DNA of 64,000 bases from an uncultured Ardenticatenaceae bacterium. Its GTDB lineage: Bacteria > Chloroflexota > Anaerolineae > Promineifilales > Promineifilaceae. A program made the position numbers and the translations under genes. The notes beneath the pieces are model-generated. The model saw nothing but the letters and a program-made list of their open reading frames with translations. It had not been told where the DNA came from and searched no databases. Location: positions 6,428 through 70,427 of the forward strand of contig CAYLJW010000004.1 of the NCBI GenBank assembly GCA_964384155.1. Reading direction: 5' to 3'. This document shows, piece after piece, positions 41,436-51,522 of this stretch (the stretch's first letter is position 1; every line of letters begins with the position of its first letter).

Positions 41436-44027
41436 ATGAACTTCTGGCTGAATGGGCAACCGAGACAGTATGAGGGCGACCCGGAGCTTCCGCTACTGAC
41501 TTATCTGCGCGAGCATGAAAATATCCGTTCGGCCAAGAATGGCTGCGCGCCACAGGCGGCCTGCGGCGCCTGCGTGGTAGACCTGAACGGCAAGGCGATC
41601 CTCTCTTGTGTGATTACGATGGCGCGCGTGGCCGACGGGCATGTGACGACCACGGAAGGCCTGGGCGATTACCGGCGGGAGGTGTTCGCTAACGCGTTTG
41701 TGGAAAAGGGCGGCGTGCAGTGTGGCTTCTGTATTCCGGGTATTGTGATGCAGGCCAACGCGCTGATTAATAGCAATCCGCAGGCAGCAGCCGCAGACGT
41801 GGAAAAGGCGCTCACGCCTAACCTGTGCCGCTGCACGGGCTATAAAAAGATTGTGGACTCGGTGCTCTATGCCGCGGAGGCCATCCGCAATGAGGAGCTG
41901 ATTGCGGCGCCGCAAAGCGACGGGCGCATCGGATCGCGCCAGCCGAAATATGCGGCGGGTAAGCTTGTGCTGGGCGACCATGAGTATGTGGACGATATGC
42001 GTATCGAGGGCATGGTCTATGGCGCGCTGAAGTTTAGCGAGCATCCGCGGGCGCGCGTGCTGCGCATCGAGACCGGCGCCGCCGCCGCATTACCCGGGGT
42101 TATTCGTGTCTTTACGGCGGCAGATGTGCCGGGCGAGCGTAATCATGGCCTCATTCGCCACGACTGGCCTTTGCTGGTGGCGGAAGGGGAGATCACGCGC
42201 TATGTGGGCGACGTCCTGGCGCTGGTGGTGGCCGAGAGCGACGACATTGCGCGCCGGGCGGTGGAGATGGTGCAGGTGGCGTATGAGCCGCTGGAGGCGG
42301 TGACGGACCCGCATAAAGCGCTGGAGCCCGATACGCCGCAGGTGCACGAGGGCGGCAATATACTTTCGCGTAGTGTGACGGGTCGCGGCAATGTGGAAGA
42401 AGCAATGGCGGCGTCGGCTTTTGTGGCACACGGCGTGTTTCAAACGCAGCGCATCGAGCATGGCTATATGGAGCCAGAAGCGGCTGTTGCCGTGCCCACG
42501 GAGGATGGCATCCATCTTCTGTCGCAGAGCCAGGGCATCTATGACGACCGCAACCAGATTGCTTCGCTGCTGGGCCTTTCTAAGGAGCAGGTGCGCGTGA
42601 CGCTGGTGCCCAACGGCGGCGGCTTTGGCGGCAAGGAAGACCTGAGTGTGCAGGGGCACGCGGCGCTGGCGGCTTATCTACTACAGGCGCCAGTGAAGGT
42701 GCGCCTGACGCGTGACGAATCGATCCGCATGAGCGCCAAGCGGCACCCGATCTGGATGGATTACACCATCGGCTGTGATGAGCAGGGCAAATTCACCTTT
42801 GTGAAGGTGAAGTTTGTGGGCGACACGGGCGCTTATGCCTCGGTGGGTATGAAGGTGCTGGAGCGCTCGGCGGGGCACGCGACGGGCGCTTACCATGTGC
42901 CGGTGACTGACGTGGAGGCTATCGCCGTCTATACCAACAATATCCCCTGCGGCGCAATGCGCGGTTTTGGCGTGAACCAGGCGATGTTTGGCCTGGAAAG
43001 CCTAGTGGATGAGCTGTGCGAAAAGGGCGGCTTCGACCGCTGGCAGTTCCGCTATGACAACGCGCTGGTGGACGGCTGCATGACGGCGACGGGGCAGGTG
43101 ATTCAGGGCGGCGCGGGTGTGCGCCAGACGCTGCTGGCGGTGAAGGAGCAGTTTTATAACGCGGCCTACGCAGGCATTGCCTGTGGCCTGAAGAACACGG
43201 GTATCGGCAACGGGATGCCTGACGAATCGTCGGCCAAAATCAGTATCGTGGCGCCCGACCGTTTGCGCATCGATCATGGCTGGACGGAAATGGGGCAGGG
43301 GGTCAATACCATCGCCTTGCAGGTTGTGTGCGAAGAGACGGGCCTGGATCCGTCGCTCTTTGAGGTGCGCGTGGATACGGTGGCGGAGCAGGTGTCGGGG
43401 ATGACCACTGCCTCGCGGGCCACGTCGCTGGTGGGCAATGCGCTGATTGATGCCTGCAAGCAGCTCAAGCACGACCTGCAGAAGCACGACCTGGCGGAGC
43501 TGGTAGGCCGGGAATATACGGGCAAATGGGTGGTGGATTGGACGAACAAGCCGGGCTCATTCTCGGAGAAGGTGTACACGCATTACTCGTACAGCTACGC
43601 CACGCAGGTGGTGATTCTGGACGAAGAAAAGGGTTTTGTGAAGAAGGTGATTGCGGCGCATGACGCGGGCAAGATCTTTAATCCCACGCTCTTCGAAGGC
43701 CAGCTTGAGGGCTCGATCCACATGGGTCTGGGCTACGCGCTGACGGAAGATATGCCCATGGAGAACGGCCTGCCGCTGAGCACGCGCCTGCGCGATTTGG
43801 GCATTATGCGTGCGAAGGAGATGCCGGAGCTGGAGGTGATTGGTGTGGAAGTGCCCGACCCGTACGGGCCATATGGCGCGAAGGGTGTGGGCGAAATTGG
43901 CCTGGTACCGACAGCGGGCGCTGTGGCCAACGCGCTGTACCAGTTTGATGGTGTGCGGCGCTATGAACTGCCAATGCGTATTCCGCGCCGTGGTTTGCAG
44001 AAGCGGAGCAACGGCAGCGCCCTCTAA
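41436..44027 (+). CDS. molybdopterin-dependent aldehyde oxidoreductase (Mop-type: 2x[2Fe-2S] fused to the xanthine-oxidase-family Mo-binding domains)
   Basis: N-terminal [2Fe-2S] motifs (CAPQAACGACVV; CGFCIPG...CRCTGY), then the aldehyde oxidase/xanthine dehydrogenase a/b hammerhead and Moco domains. ATG 41436 follows GGAGGA. Confidence 0.85.
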   Translation: MNFWLNGQPRQYEGDPELPLLTYLREHENIRSAKNGCAPQAACGACVVDLNGKAILSCVITMARVADGHVTTTEGLGDYRREVFANAFVEKGGVQCGFCIPGIVMQANALINSNPQAAAADVEKALTPNLCRCTGYKKIVDSVLYAAEAIRNEELIAAPQSDGRIGSRQPKYAAGKLVLGDHEYVDDMRIEGMVYGALKFSEHPRARVLRIETGAAAALPGVIRVFTAADVPGERNHGLIRHDWPLLVAEGEITRYVGDVLALVVAESDDIARRAVEMVQVAYEPLEAVTDPHKALEPDTPQVHEGGNILSRSVTGRGNVEEAMAASAFVAHGVFQTQRIEHGYMEPEAAVAVPTEDGIHLLSQSQGIYDDRNQIASLLGLSKEQVRVTLVPNGGGFGGKEDLSVQGHAALAAYLLQAPVKVRLTRDESIRMSAKRHPIWMDYTIGCDEQGKFTFVKVKFVGDTGAYASVGMKVLERSAGHATGAYHVPVTDVEAIAVYTNNIPCGAMRGFGVNQAMFGLESLVDELCEKGGFDRWQFRYDNALVDGCMTATGQVIQGGAGVRQTLLAVKEQFYNAAYAGIACGLKNTGIGNGMPDESSAKISIVAPDRLRIDHGWTEMGQGVNTIALQVVCEETGLDPSLFEVRVDTVAEQVSGMTTASRATSLVGNALIDACKQLKHDLQKHDLAELVGREYTGKWVVDWTNKPGSFSEKVYTHYSYSYATQVVILDEEKGFVKKVIAAHDAGKIFNPTLFEGQLEGSIHMGLGYALTEDMPMENGLPLSTRLRDLGIMRAKEMPELEVIGVEVPDPYGPYGAKGVGEIGLVPTAGAVANALYQFDGVRRYELPMRIPRRGLQKRSNGSAL

Positions 44028-44908
44028 GTGGCCTCCAGCACGCCGTGGCTAAAACGGATGCGCAGGACCTCACCGTTCCGCGTGACGAAGGGCGTCTGCA
44101 CGGCCTGCGGATCGTAGGCCAGCGCGCGGCGGAGGAGCCATTGGCGGCCGGCGTCGTGCAGCGTGTAGGGGTGGCCCCAGTCGGCCGTGCCGCGCATGAA
44201 GTTGAATGCGTGTCGGGCGGTCCAGCGGCGGTCCAGGTGAAAGGCTTCGGGGCCCGGCGTGCCCTGTTGGCTGCCCGGGCCGATTTGAGGGCGCGAGGGC
44301 AGGCGTCCCTCTGCCAGGCGGCGCAGGGCTTCGACAAATAGCAGCCCGCCTTGCTCGCCGGCGCGCTGCTCGATCTGACGTGGGCTCAGGCCATCGGCCA
44401 GGGCCACGCTGCTTTGCAGGGCGATGGGTCCGCTGTCGAGGCCTTCATCCATGGCGTGCACGGTGAGGCCAATTTCGTCCAGGCCATCACGAAGCTGCCA
44501 GAAGAGGGGATATGGCCCGCGGTAGTGGGGCAGGCGGGAGGGATGTAGATTGAGGAAGCCGTGCGTGGGAAGATGCAGCAAGCGCGGCGGCACGCGGTAA
44601 GGAAAACAGGAAACGAGGACCACATCGGGCGCCAGGCGCCGCAGGCCTTCTATGGTTTGCTCGGCGTTCAGATCGCCGCTTTCATAGAGGGGAATCTGAT
44701 GTTGCCAGCTTAGCTGCAAGATGGTGGGCGATGGTGTTGGGAGCGGCACGCTGCCTGCGGGGTGTGCGGGCGGCGGCAGCGGGCGCCAGGTTGCGCCGCG
44801 CCACGGCGCGGCCAGCAGCACGGCGCTAACGGAGTGCCCCGCCTGCAACAGTGTGGCCAGCGGCGCGGCCGAGAGCAGGCCGCTCATGCCCATGAAGATC
44901 AGGCGCAT
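44024..44908 (-). CDS. formyltransferase-family protein (Fmt-like)
   Basis: Formyl-transfer motif NLHPSRLPHYRGPYP and LDSGPI, with a C-terminal Fmt-like domain. Its stop overlaps the convergent oxidoreductase gene by 4 nt. Confidence 0.7.
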   Translation of the reverse strand: MRLIFMGMSGLLSAAPLATLLQAGHSVSAVLLAAPWRGATWRPLPPPAHPAGSVPLPTPSPTILQLSWQHQIPLYESGDLNAEQTIEGLRRLAPDVVLVSCFPYRVPPRLLHLPTHGFLNLHPSRLPHYRGPYPLFWQLRDGLDEIGLTVHAMDEGLDSGPIALQSSVALADGLSPRQIEQRAGEQGGLLFVEALRRLAEGRLPSRPQIGPGSQQGTPGPEAFHLDRRWTARHAFNFMRGTADWGHPYTLHDAGRQWLLRRALAYDPQAVQTPFVTRNGEVLRIRFSHGVLEAT

Positions 44909-45015
44909 GATGCCTTCTTTTGACGTGTCATGAGCAGACCTCTATCATACCTATCATGAACCCCGGCGCCGACCGCGCACCAGGGCGCTTCGACCTAAAG
45001 AGTGAGAGGTTAGTT

Positions 45016-45324
45016 ATGGCTCGTTATGAAAAGACGATCACCCTGGTGCAGTGCGCCAGATACAACGAAGAGCTGCCGGCGATGATGCGCAGGCCATTTC
45101 CCGGTGAGCTGGGCCAGCGCATCTACGACAACGTCTCGCAACTGGCCTGGAATTCATGGCAGCGGCAGTCGACAATCTTGATCAACCATTATGGCCTGAA
45201 CCTGGCCGATCCGCGCGCGCAGGAGTTCCTTATGGAGCAGATGGAAGAGTACTTCTTCGGCGGCGGCGGGCAGCAGGTGGACATGGACCCTGGTTCGGCT
45301 TTTGGCGGGCCGCGCAAGAAATAG
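45016..45324 (+). CDS. yggX: Fe(2+)-trafficking / oxidative-damage protection protein YggX
   Basis: PGELGQRIYDNVSQLAWNSWQRQSTILINHYGLNL aligns with E. coli YggX ([34 protein letters not shown]). GAGAGG RBS. Confidence 0.8.
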   Translation: MARYEKTITLVQCARYNEELPAMMRRPFPGELGQRIYDNVSQLAWNSWQRQSTILINHYGLNLADPRAQEFLMEQMEEYFFGGGGQQVDMDPGSAFGGPRKK

Positions 45325-45341
45325 CCGCTGCAGCGCGGTAA

Positions 45342-46619
45342 TTAGCGCGGCGCCTGGTCCACGGCCAGCAGCAGCACGGGGGCCACGTCGAAGTGCAGCT
45401 TCTCGTGCGCCTGGCGTAGGGCTTGTTCCACGGCCTGTGGCGTGGCGCCGCGGGCAAAGATAAAGCCCACATAGCTGTCACCCTCGGGCAGCGGCTGCAG
45501 CAGGTGGTTTAGGGGAGCTGTGATTTCAACCTCGTCGATGCCGGGCACGGCGCGGGCGGCTTGCACGCCCTTTACAGCCTTAAGCAATCCCTCGCCGGGC
45601 ACGGGAATCATCATCACGCCGCGCGCCTGCTCCTCGCGCCCCGGCTGTCCCAGGTCTAGGCCCACGGCCTGACGCAGGATAAGGGTCTCTAGCGAGGTAT
45701 CGACGCCGAAACGCAGCGTGCGCGCGCAGAGGCCGCCGATGGAGCGCCCGGCGATTTCCAGCAGCCAGGGGCCGTCTTCGTTCACGCGCAGCTCGGCATG
45801 CACGGGTCCCCAGCGCAGGCCGAGGGCGCGCGCTGCGGCTCCGGTTTCCTGGACAATGGCCTGCTGCGTCTCAGGCGGTAGGCGCGAGGGGGTCACGTAA
45901 ATGGTCTCTTCGAAAAAAGGCCCTTCCAGGGGATCTGGCTTGTCGAAGAGCGCCAGTACGTGCAGCGTGCCGGCGTCGAGGATGCCTTCCAGGGCCACTT
46001 CCACGCCGGGAATGTAATCTTCCACCAAGTAGGGCAGCGGCTGGCCGCGGCCATAGAGCCGCTGCAGCAGGCGGCCGAGGCGGTTGCTTGCGGCCACGAA
46101 CGCCGACGGATCGTCGGCGCGCATGACGCCCTGGCTGCCGGAGAGGCGCAGGGGCTTAAGCACGCAGGGGTAGGCCACCTGTGCGGCCGCCTGCCAGGGG
46201 TCGCCGGCGGTCGAGAATTGATGGAAGCGCGGCGCGCGAATGCCGGCCTGGGCCATGAGCGCGCGCATCTGGGCCTTGTCGCGCGCGGCCTCGGCCGCGG
46301 CGGGCGCATTGTGCGGCAAGCCCAGGGCAGCGCTTGCCTGCGCCGCCAGCAGGCTGCCGCTATCGTCGACAGCCAAGATGGCCTGCGCGCCGTGCTGCTG
46401 CACATCGGCGACGATCGTTTCCAGCGCCGCCTGCGCGTTGGCAAAATCGACGCCCAGGAAGCCATCGCCGCGGCGCGCCAGGGCCTGCGGCGTATCGACC
46501 ACGCGCACAACCTCGATGCCGAGCTGCTCGGCCGCCGCCAGAAAGTCGGGCGCACGGTAGGTATTGGCCTTCATCAGCAGCAAGACGCGGCCATGCGGTG
46601 TTTTAGCGGGCTCACTCAT
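45342..46619 (-). CDS. ATP-grasp domain enzyme (carboxylate-amine ligase type)
   Basis: Pre-ATP-grasp domain, then ATP-grasp blocks (DKAQMRALMAQAGIRAPRF, YPCVLKP, LVEDYIPGVEVALEG, VHAELRV). Confidence 0.7.
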   Translation of the reverse strand: MSEPAKTPHGRVLLLMKANTYRAPDFLAAAEQLGIEVVRVVDTPQALARRGDGFLGVDFANAQAALETIVADVQQHGAQAILAVDDSGSLLAAQASAALGLPHNAPAAAEAARDKAQMRALMAQAGIRAPRFHQFSTAGDPWQAAAQVAYPCVLKPLRLSGSQGVMRADDPSAFVAASNRLGRLLQRLYGRGQPLPYLVEDYIPGVEVALEGILDAGTLHVLALFDKPDPLEGPFFEETIYVTPSRLPPETQQAIVQETGAAARALGLRWGPVHAELRVNEDGPWLLEIAGRSIGGLCARTLRFGVDTSLETLILRQAVGLDLGQPGREEQARGVMMIPVPGEGLLKAVKGVQAARAVPGIDEVEITAPLNHLLQPLPEGDSYVGFIFARGATPQAVEQALRQAHEKLHFDVAPVLLLAVDQAPR

Positions 46620-46755
46620 GCGGCCTATTATAGCCTGGCGCCGCGGTTTGACATTGAGCGAGTCCGGGCCGGCGCAATGGGTGACATGCAGTATTTCATG
46701 CCGCTCCGTGTTTTAATAAGTGAGAGCAGACGATTGGCCAATCAGAAGGAAAGGC

Positions 46756-47352
46756 ATGGCGGAAAACAGCTTCGACCCGGCACAGGAACAAATGCTCATT
46801 CGAAGGGTGCAGCAAGAGCAGGATGTGGCTGCCTTCCGTGCGCTGTACCGGCATTACTTCCCTAAGGTGTACGCCTACGTCGGCTACCGTGCGCCCACCA
46901 CGGAAGACGCCGAGGACCTCGTCGCCGAAACCTTTCTGCGGGTGCTTGAGCATATCGAGACGTTTCAATGGCAGGGTGAAGGCTCTTTTGCTGCCTGGCT
47001 CTTTCGTATCGCGCGCAATCTGCTTAGCAATTACTACCGCAGTCAGCCACAGGGTAGAGAGTTGGATCTCGACGCAATAGGCGAATTGGAAGGAGATGTA
47101 GTGCAACCAGCCGATGCTTTCGCCCAAAAACAGAAGATGTTGTTGTTACGGCGGCTTATCGACACCCTATCACCACGGCGGCAAGAGGTCATCAGGCTGA
47201 AATTCTTCGGTGGACTACGGAACAAGGAGATTGCGAGCCTGCTAGAGCTAGATGAACGGACCGTTGCCTCGCACCTCTCGCGCGGCTTAAAAGATTTACA
47301 TGAGCAGGTCGAGCGACAACGCGTCGTGACACCAGAAGGGAATTCTTCATGA
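46756..47352 (+). CDS. ECF-type RNA polymerase sigma factor
   Basis: Region 2 (FRALYRHYFPKVYAYVGYR...AEDLVAETF) and region 4 (LRNKEIASLLELDERTVASHLSRG). RBS AAGGAAAGG. Confidence 0.85.
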   Translation: MAENSFDPAQEQMLIRRVQQEQDVAAFRALYRHYFPKVYAYVGYRAPTTEDAEDLVAETFLRVLEHIETFQWQGEGSFAAWLFRIARNLLSNYYRSQPQGRELDLDAIGELEGDVVQPADAFAQKQKMLLLRRLIDTLSPRRQEVIRLKFFGGLRNKEIASLLELDERTVASHLSRGLKDLHEQVERQRVVTPEGNSS

Positions 47353-48236
47353 CCAATAACAAAGCGTTACACAAATTGGACAAGGAGCTGCTGGAGGCTG
47401 TCGAGGAAATCGTTGCCAGCCACGAGGGCGAGGAAAGCGACGTGAACGCCCTGTACAGCTTCAGCACGCTATTGGCCACAAGCCGTCCCGTCGCTGATGA
47501 GCCGTTCCGGCGGCAACTGGAAGAGCGGCTGGTTTCCAGCCTTATTAAGAAAGAAGAGGAGGTACAAATGATGAACGCCAAACCGACCCATCGAGATTCA
47601 CTTTTCTCGTTCTTTACTTTCCGTCCGGCCTGGCAAGTCGCTGTCAGTGGCCTCGTTCTCCTGGCGCTCGTGTTCGCCGGCCTGCTGGCATTTTCGCCGC
47701 CCGCCCGTGCTTTTGCCCAAGGGGTTGTCAACTGGGTGAGCGGACAAGTCACACAGTCGAAAGTGATGGTTTTCGAAGATGGCGTCCTGGTGCAGGAAGA
47801 AGCCGTTACCATAGTGGAGGGCGATGCGCAGACCCTGGAAGTCGCCCAGGCTCTGGTGGACTTTGATATCCGCGTTCCGGCTTATCTACCCGAGGGCTAC
47901 ACAGAGATGCGCTTTGATCCCTTTTTCGCGCCGCGGGCGGTGACCATTTCGGTTATCAGGCCTGGAGGCGGCACAGCCAACACGAAGGGCTTTGAGCTTC
48001 ACGAGAGCCTTGAACCGGGCATTTACGCCGGGGGAGAACCGTTTGGCGAGGCGACGATTAACGGCAATAACGCCGTGTGGGTTAAGAGCATCGCGATGAC
48101 CTACGATGAGGCCGAAAGCCCTTCGCCTCTCATTGCCCGCTCGCTCTACTGGGAGGACGATGGCCTATACTTCACGCTGCGCTCGTATGAGCTGACACAA
48201 GAAGAGATGATGCGCATCGCCGCATCAATCGAGTAG
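47349..48236 (+). CDS. putative anti-sigma factor with DUF4367-like extracytoplasmic domain
   Basis: ATGA overlap with the sigma gene. One transmembrane helix. C-terminal VPAYLPEGY...YWEDDGLYFTLRSYELTQEEMMRIAASIE pattern. Confidence 0.6.
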   Translation: MTNNKALHKLDKELLEAVEEIVASHEGEESDVNALYSFSTLLATSRPVADEPFRRQLEERLVSSLIKKEEEVQMMNAKPTHRDSLFSFFTFRPAWQVAVSGLVLLALVFAGLLAFSPPARAFAQGVVNWVSGQVTQSKVMVFEDGVLVQEEAVTIVEGDAQTLEVAQALVDFDIRVPAYLPEGYTEMRFDPFFAPRAVTISVIRPGGGTANTKGFELHESLEPGIYAGGEPFGEATINGNNAVWVKSIAMTYDEAESPSPLIARSLYWEDDGLYFTLRSYELTQEEMMRIAASIE

Positions 48237-48263
48237 GCGAACAGTTCCGCGACTTCCACGCCC

Positions 48264-48305
48264 GCCCCAGCCGGTTAACCTACCGGCCGGGGCTTTTTTT
48301 GTTTT
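48264..48305 (+). terminator. rho-independent terminator
   Basis: GCCCCAGCCGG...CCGGCCGGGGC followed by TTTTTTTGTTTT. Confidence 0.6.
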
Positions 48306-48384
48306 GGCGCACTTCGACCATAACCGAACCTCGCGACCCCTTTCTGGATAGTATAAGTAGAAGATCTAATAGAGAGAGCCTTTC

Positions 48385-48939
48385 ATGACTGAAGACGAAG
48401 CTATTCGTCGCCTTAAACAGCGAGACATCATGGGACTGGAACCACTGGTACGACGATACCAGACAGAGGCCATTCGCGCCGCTTTCCTTATTACACGAGA
48501 TGCAGCGCGCGCCGAAGATGTCGTTCAGGATGCCTTTCTGCGCGTATTTGAGCGAATTGAGCAGTTTGATGCTCACCGCCCCTTTGCCCCCTGGTTCTTC
48601 CGTATTGTAACGAACATAGCGCTGAAGGCGGTGCGTCGCTCGCCGCTACCGCTTTCACTGGAGCGGCGGCATGATGACCTTGAGCCACTGTTAGAGCTGT
48701 TGCCTGACGACGAAGCAGGACCTGAACGGCAGCTTTCCAGCCAGGAATTCCGAGAGCGTGTGTGGGTTGCTTTGGGAAGACTTACGCCCAAGCAGAGAGC
48801 GGTCATCGTCTTTCGTTACTATCTGGGGATGGACGAAGTGGCGATGGCGGAGGCACTGGATGTACCTAGCGGTACCGTGAAGTCACGACTTTATGCCGCA
48901 CGTGAACGGCTGCGGCAGCTATTATCACCAGTCTGGTGA
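48385..48939 (+). CDS. ECF-type RNA polymerase sigma factor (second copy)
   Basis: Regions 2 and 4 are recognisable (AEDVVQDAFLRVFERI; YYLGMDEVAMAEALDVPSGTVKSRLYAARERL). Confidence 0.85.
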   Translation: MTEDEAIRRLKQRDIMGLEPLVRRYQTEAIRAAFLITRDAARAEDVVQDAFLRVFERIEQFDAHRPFAPWFFRIVTNIALKAVRRSPLPLSLERRHDDLEPLLELLPDDEAGPERQLSSQEFRERVWVALGRLTPKQRAVIVFRYYLGMDEVAMAEALDVPSGTVKSRLYAARERLRQLLSPVW

Positions 48940-48951
48940 GGAGGTGCGAAG

Positions 48952-50061
48952 ATGAAAAGAGAAAGTACAGTTAAGGCAATGCGAGAAATCGCCAGGAGTG
49001 ATATTTCGCCAGAAACCGATTTGTGGCCACAGCTGGAACGCCGGTTAACGTCAAGGCAAGCCGCTCCGCCGCACTCGTTTGCGAGACTCGCGCCGCGTCT
49101 TGGCTGGGCAGCAGGCGTTGTGCTGCTATTCCTTTTCGGCGCGGTTGCTTATGCGACCAGTCCCGCCGGGCGTACGCTGCTGGGCCTGGATCCGGCGCTA
49201 GAAGAAGCCGATCTTGCCGGTTTGGGACGCGCGCTGGAGTTGAAACAGACAAAAATGGGTAGCACGGTCACCTTACACTGGGCCTATGCCGACGCGAATC
49301 GAATCGCTATTGCTTTCGAGATTGAGGGAGTCGATGGCAGGCGATACGATTTCCGCGACCTCACGTTGACGGATAGTGACGGCAACGCCTTCCGCGGAAT
49401 GGTCGGAATGGGCGTTCGTGGCGAATCGGATATCGTGGACGTTGTATTGCCGCCGGGAGTAAGCGGCTATATCTACTCCTTTGATGCGTCACCGGTCAGT
49501 GGGACACCCGAAACGCTGGACCTGCAACTCTCTCTTTCCCTTGAAGCGTTTGAGCTTCCTGAAGAGGCACAAGCAACGGTTACCGTGCGGGAAGGCGAGG
49601 ATGGGGACGTAACGATTGTCGAATTCGAGCCGGTGCAAGAAGGAGATCAGGAAGTTGTCGGTCCTTTCGTCTTCGACTTCACTGTGCCCTATGTGCGGGG
49701 ACGGGTAATTGAAGCACAAACGACCGTTGTGCTGGATGGAATACCTGTGACCTTAGAAAAGGTCGTCGTGGCTCCCTCTGAAATAGCCGCAGTGATTTGC
49801 ATCGATGGGCCGGACCAGGCAGAGTACGATGAGTGGCTGCCGATATCGGCGGTCGCCGTGGCCGGCGAACGACGAGAAGCAATGGCTGGTTCTCACACAT
49901 GGGTTGATGATCGCTGCACGCGGAGCCACTACTGGGATCCGTTGCCTCAGGACGCCAGCAGGTGGACGCTCACTGTCACAGAAGTCGTTGGTTTTCAGAG
50001 AAGCGGGCCGGGGCAGTTGCGGATAGAGGGACCATGGATCTTTGAGTTCGAGGCGCCATAG
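48952..50061 (+). CDS. putative anti-sigma factor / membrane protein
   Basis: Begins 13 nt after the sigma gene. Short N-terminal region, then a transmembrane helix (WAAGVVLLFLFGAVAYA) and an extracytoplasmic domain. Confidence 0.55.
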   Translation: MKRESTVKAMREIARSDISPETDLWPQLERRLTSRQAAPPHSFARLAPRLGWAAGVVLLFLFGAVAYATSPAGRTLLGLDPALEEADLAGLGRALELKQTKMGSTVTLHWAYADANRIAIAFEIEGVDGRRYDFRDLTLTDSDGNAFRGMVGMGVRGESDIVDVVLPPGVSGYIYSFDASPVSGTPETLDLQLSLSLEAFELPEEAQATVTVREGEDGDVTIVEFEPVQEGDQEVVGPFVFDFTVPYVRGRVIEAQTTVVLDGIPVTLEKVVVAPSEIAAVICIDGPDQAEYDEWLPISAVAVAGERREAMAGSHTWVDDRCTRSHYWDPLPQDASRWTLTVTEVVGFQRSGPGQLRIEGPWIFEFEAP

Positions 50062-50076
50062 TTTGTGAGTTGTCAC

Positions 50077-50118
50077 GCGCCCCGGCCGGCTGAGCTGCCG
50101 GCCGGGGCGCTTTGTTTT
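50077..50118 (+). terminator. rho-independent terminator
   Basis: 14-bp perfect stem GCGCCCCGGCCGGC / GCCGGCCGGGGCGC followed by TTTGTTTT. Confidence 0.7.
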
Positions 50119-50151
50119 GCGCTTGCGGTAAAGCTCTCGCCCGATGGGTGA

Positions 50152-50490
50152 TTAAGGCGCCGAATCGGGGGCAGGGTTTTCTACTTTCCGGAGGCGCATG
50201 GGCCGCTGGTGGGGCGCGCGCTCGATCAGCTCGCGGGCTTCGAGATCTAGCTGTACGGCTTTGGTGTACCAGCGCACCGAACCCGGTTTGGGGAATAGGG
50301 TCATGGGCACGTTGTTGGCGATGAGATAGTCGCGGACCTTTTCTTCGAGCTGCGGAAAGGTGATTCCGTCGGAGCCGTTGTTATGGGGCAGGGCGGCTAG
50401 AATGGCGTCGCGGATCACGGTGTACTTCTCTTCTTTCAGGTTTTCGCGATGGTCGGGGTGATTGACATTACGAGCCTGGATCGAGGACAT
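50152..50490 (-). CDS. hypothetical 112-aa protein
   Basis: ATG 50490 preceded by AAGGAGG. No motif recognised. Confidence 0.5.
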   Translation of the reverse strand: MSSIQARNVNHPDHRENLKEEKYTVIRDAILAALPHNNGSDGITFPQLEEKVRDYLIANNVPMTLFPKPGSVRWYTKAVQLDLEARELIERAPHQRPMRLRKVENPAPDSAP

Positions 50491-50580
50491 TAGAAACCTC
50501 CTTTTGGCAGTTAGGGCGGCGCGAATTGCCTGGTTCAAGCCGCAGGTTTGGCGCTGCCGGTTTGCTATCAATTGCCCCTA

Positions 50581-51501
50581 TTATAGGGCGTCACCGGCGC
50601 TGCGACTTGTCAAATCCTGCTGGTTTTCGCGCTGCGCCTGATAGCGGGCGGGTGATAGGCCGAATCTTCTGCTAAAGGCGTGTATGAATGAGCTGAGACT
50701 ACTGTAGCCGACGTGAAGGGCCGTTTCGGTGACGGAGGCTCCCGGCTGTTCCAGCAACCGCCGCGCCTCATCTAAGCGCAGGCGGATGACGTATTGGCGC
50801 ACGGTGAGGTCAAATGCGGCGCTGAACAGGCGCGCAAAGTGGAACTCGGAAAGGGCCACGTAAGCGGCGACGTCCTGAGTCTTGAACGGTTCTGTGTAGC
50901 GCGCCTCGACAAATTGGCGCGCCTGTAAGAGGCGCGGCAAAAGGTCGGCCACGGTGTTGCGCCTGTGATGAGCCAAGGCCAGAAGCGCCTGGTGGCGCAG
51001 GCGCATCAGGCGCAGCAGCTCGCCGGCTGCCTCCAGGAATAGCTCTTCGGCGATGGCCGGGGCGGCAGGATGTTGAACAGCGCCGGCCAGCTCGACTAGG
51101 ATCAGCGAGAGCTCGTCGCCCTGGAGCAGGGGGACGCCGTCTAAGAGCTGGCGGACGTCGTGGGGGATGCCCAGGAAGCGGGCCATATCGGCGACGAAGG
51201 GCGGGCTAAGCCACAGCGCGAGGAGTGCGGCGCCAGTGGCGCGGCGGGAAGCTGGCGACAGCAGCTCGACGCTGAGGGGGCCTTGCTCGGGGAACCGAGC
51301 GAGCAGCAGATAGCGGCCGGCTTCCACGGTGATAGAGGCGCAGGAGATGGTCGCGTTTGCCAGGGGGAAGAGCAGCAGCAGGTGACCGTATTGCGGCAGG
51401 AGAACGGGGCGTGACGGCGCGCCGAGCCAGGCGGCGTTTATGGGGGAAATGGGGCCGGCGGCCGTGCTGGCGGCGGGGATGGCGGCGGGTAGGATTAGCA
51501 C
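50581..51501 (-). CDS. AraC-family transcriptional regulator
   Basis: C-terminal double HTH (FHFARLFSAAFDLTVRQYVIRLRLDEARRLL...TETALHVGYSSLSSFIHAFSRRFGLSPARY). GTG start after GGAGG. Confidence 0.85.
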   Translation of the reverse strand: MLILPAAIPAASTAAGPISPINAAWLGAPSRPVLLPQYGHLLLLFPLANATISCASITVEAGRYLLLARFPEQGPLSVELLSPASRRATGAALLALWLSPPFVADMARFLGIPHDVRQLLDGVPLLQGDELSLILVELAGAVQHPAAPAIAEELFLEAAGELLRLMRLRHQALLALAHHRRNTVADLLPRLLQARQFVEARYTEPFKTQDVAAYVALSEFHFARLFSAAFDLTVRQYVIRLRLDEARRLLEQPGASVTETALHVGYSSLSSFIHAFSRRFGLSPARYQAQRENQQDLTSRSAGDAL

Positions 51502-51522
51502 GTTTTTCCTCCAGGTGCTGGA

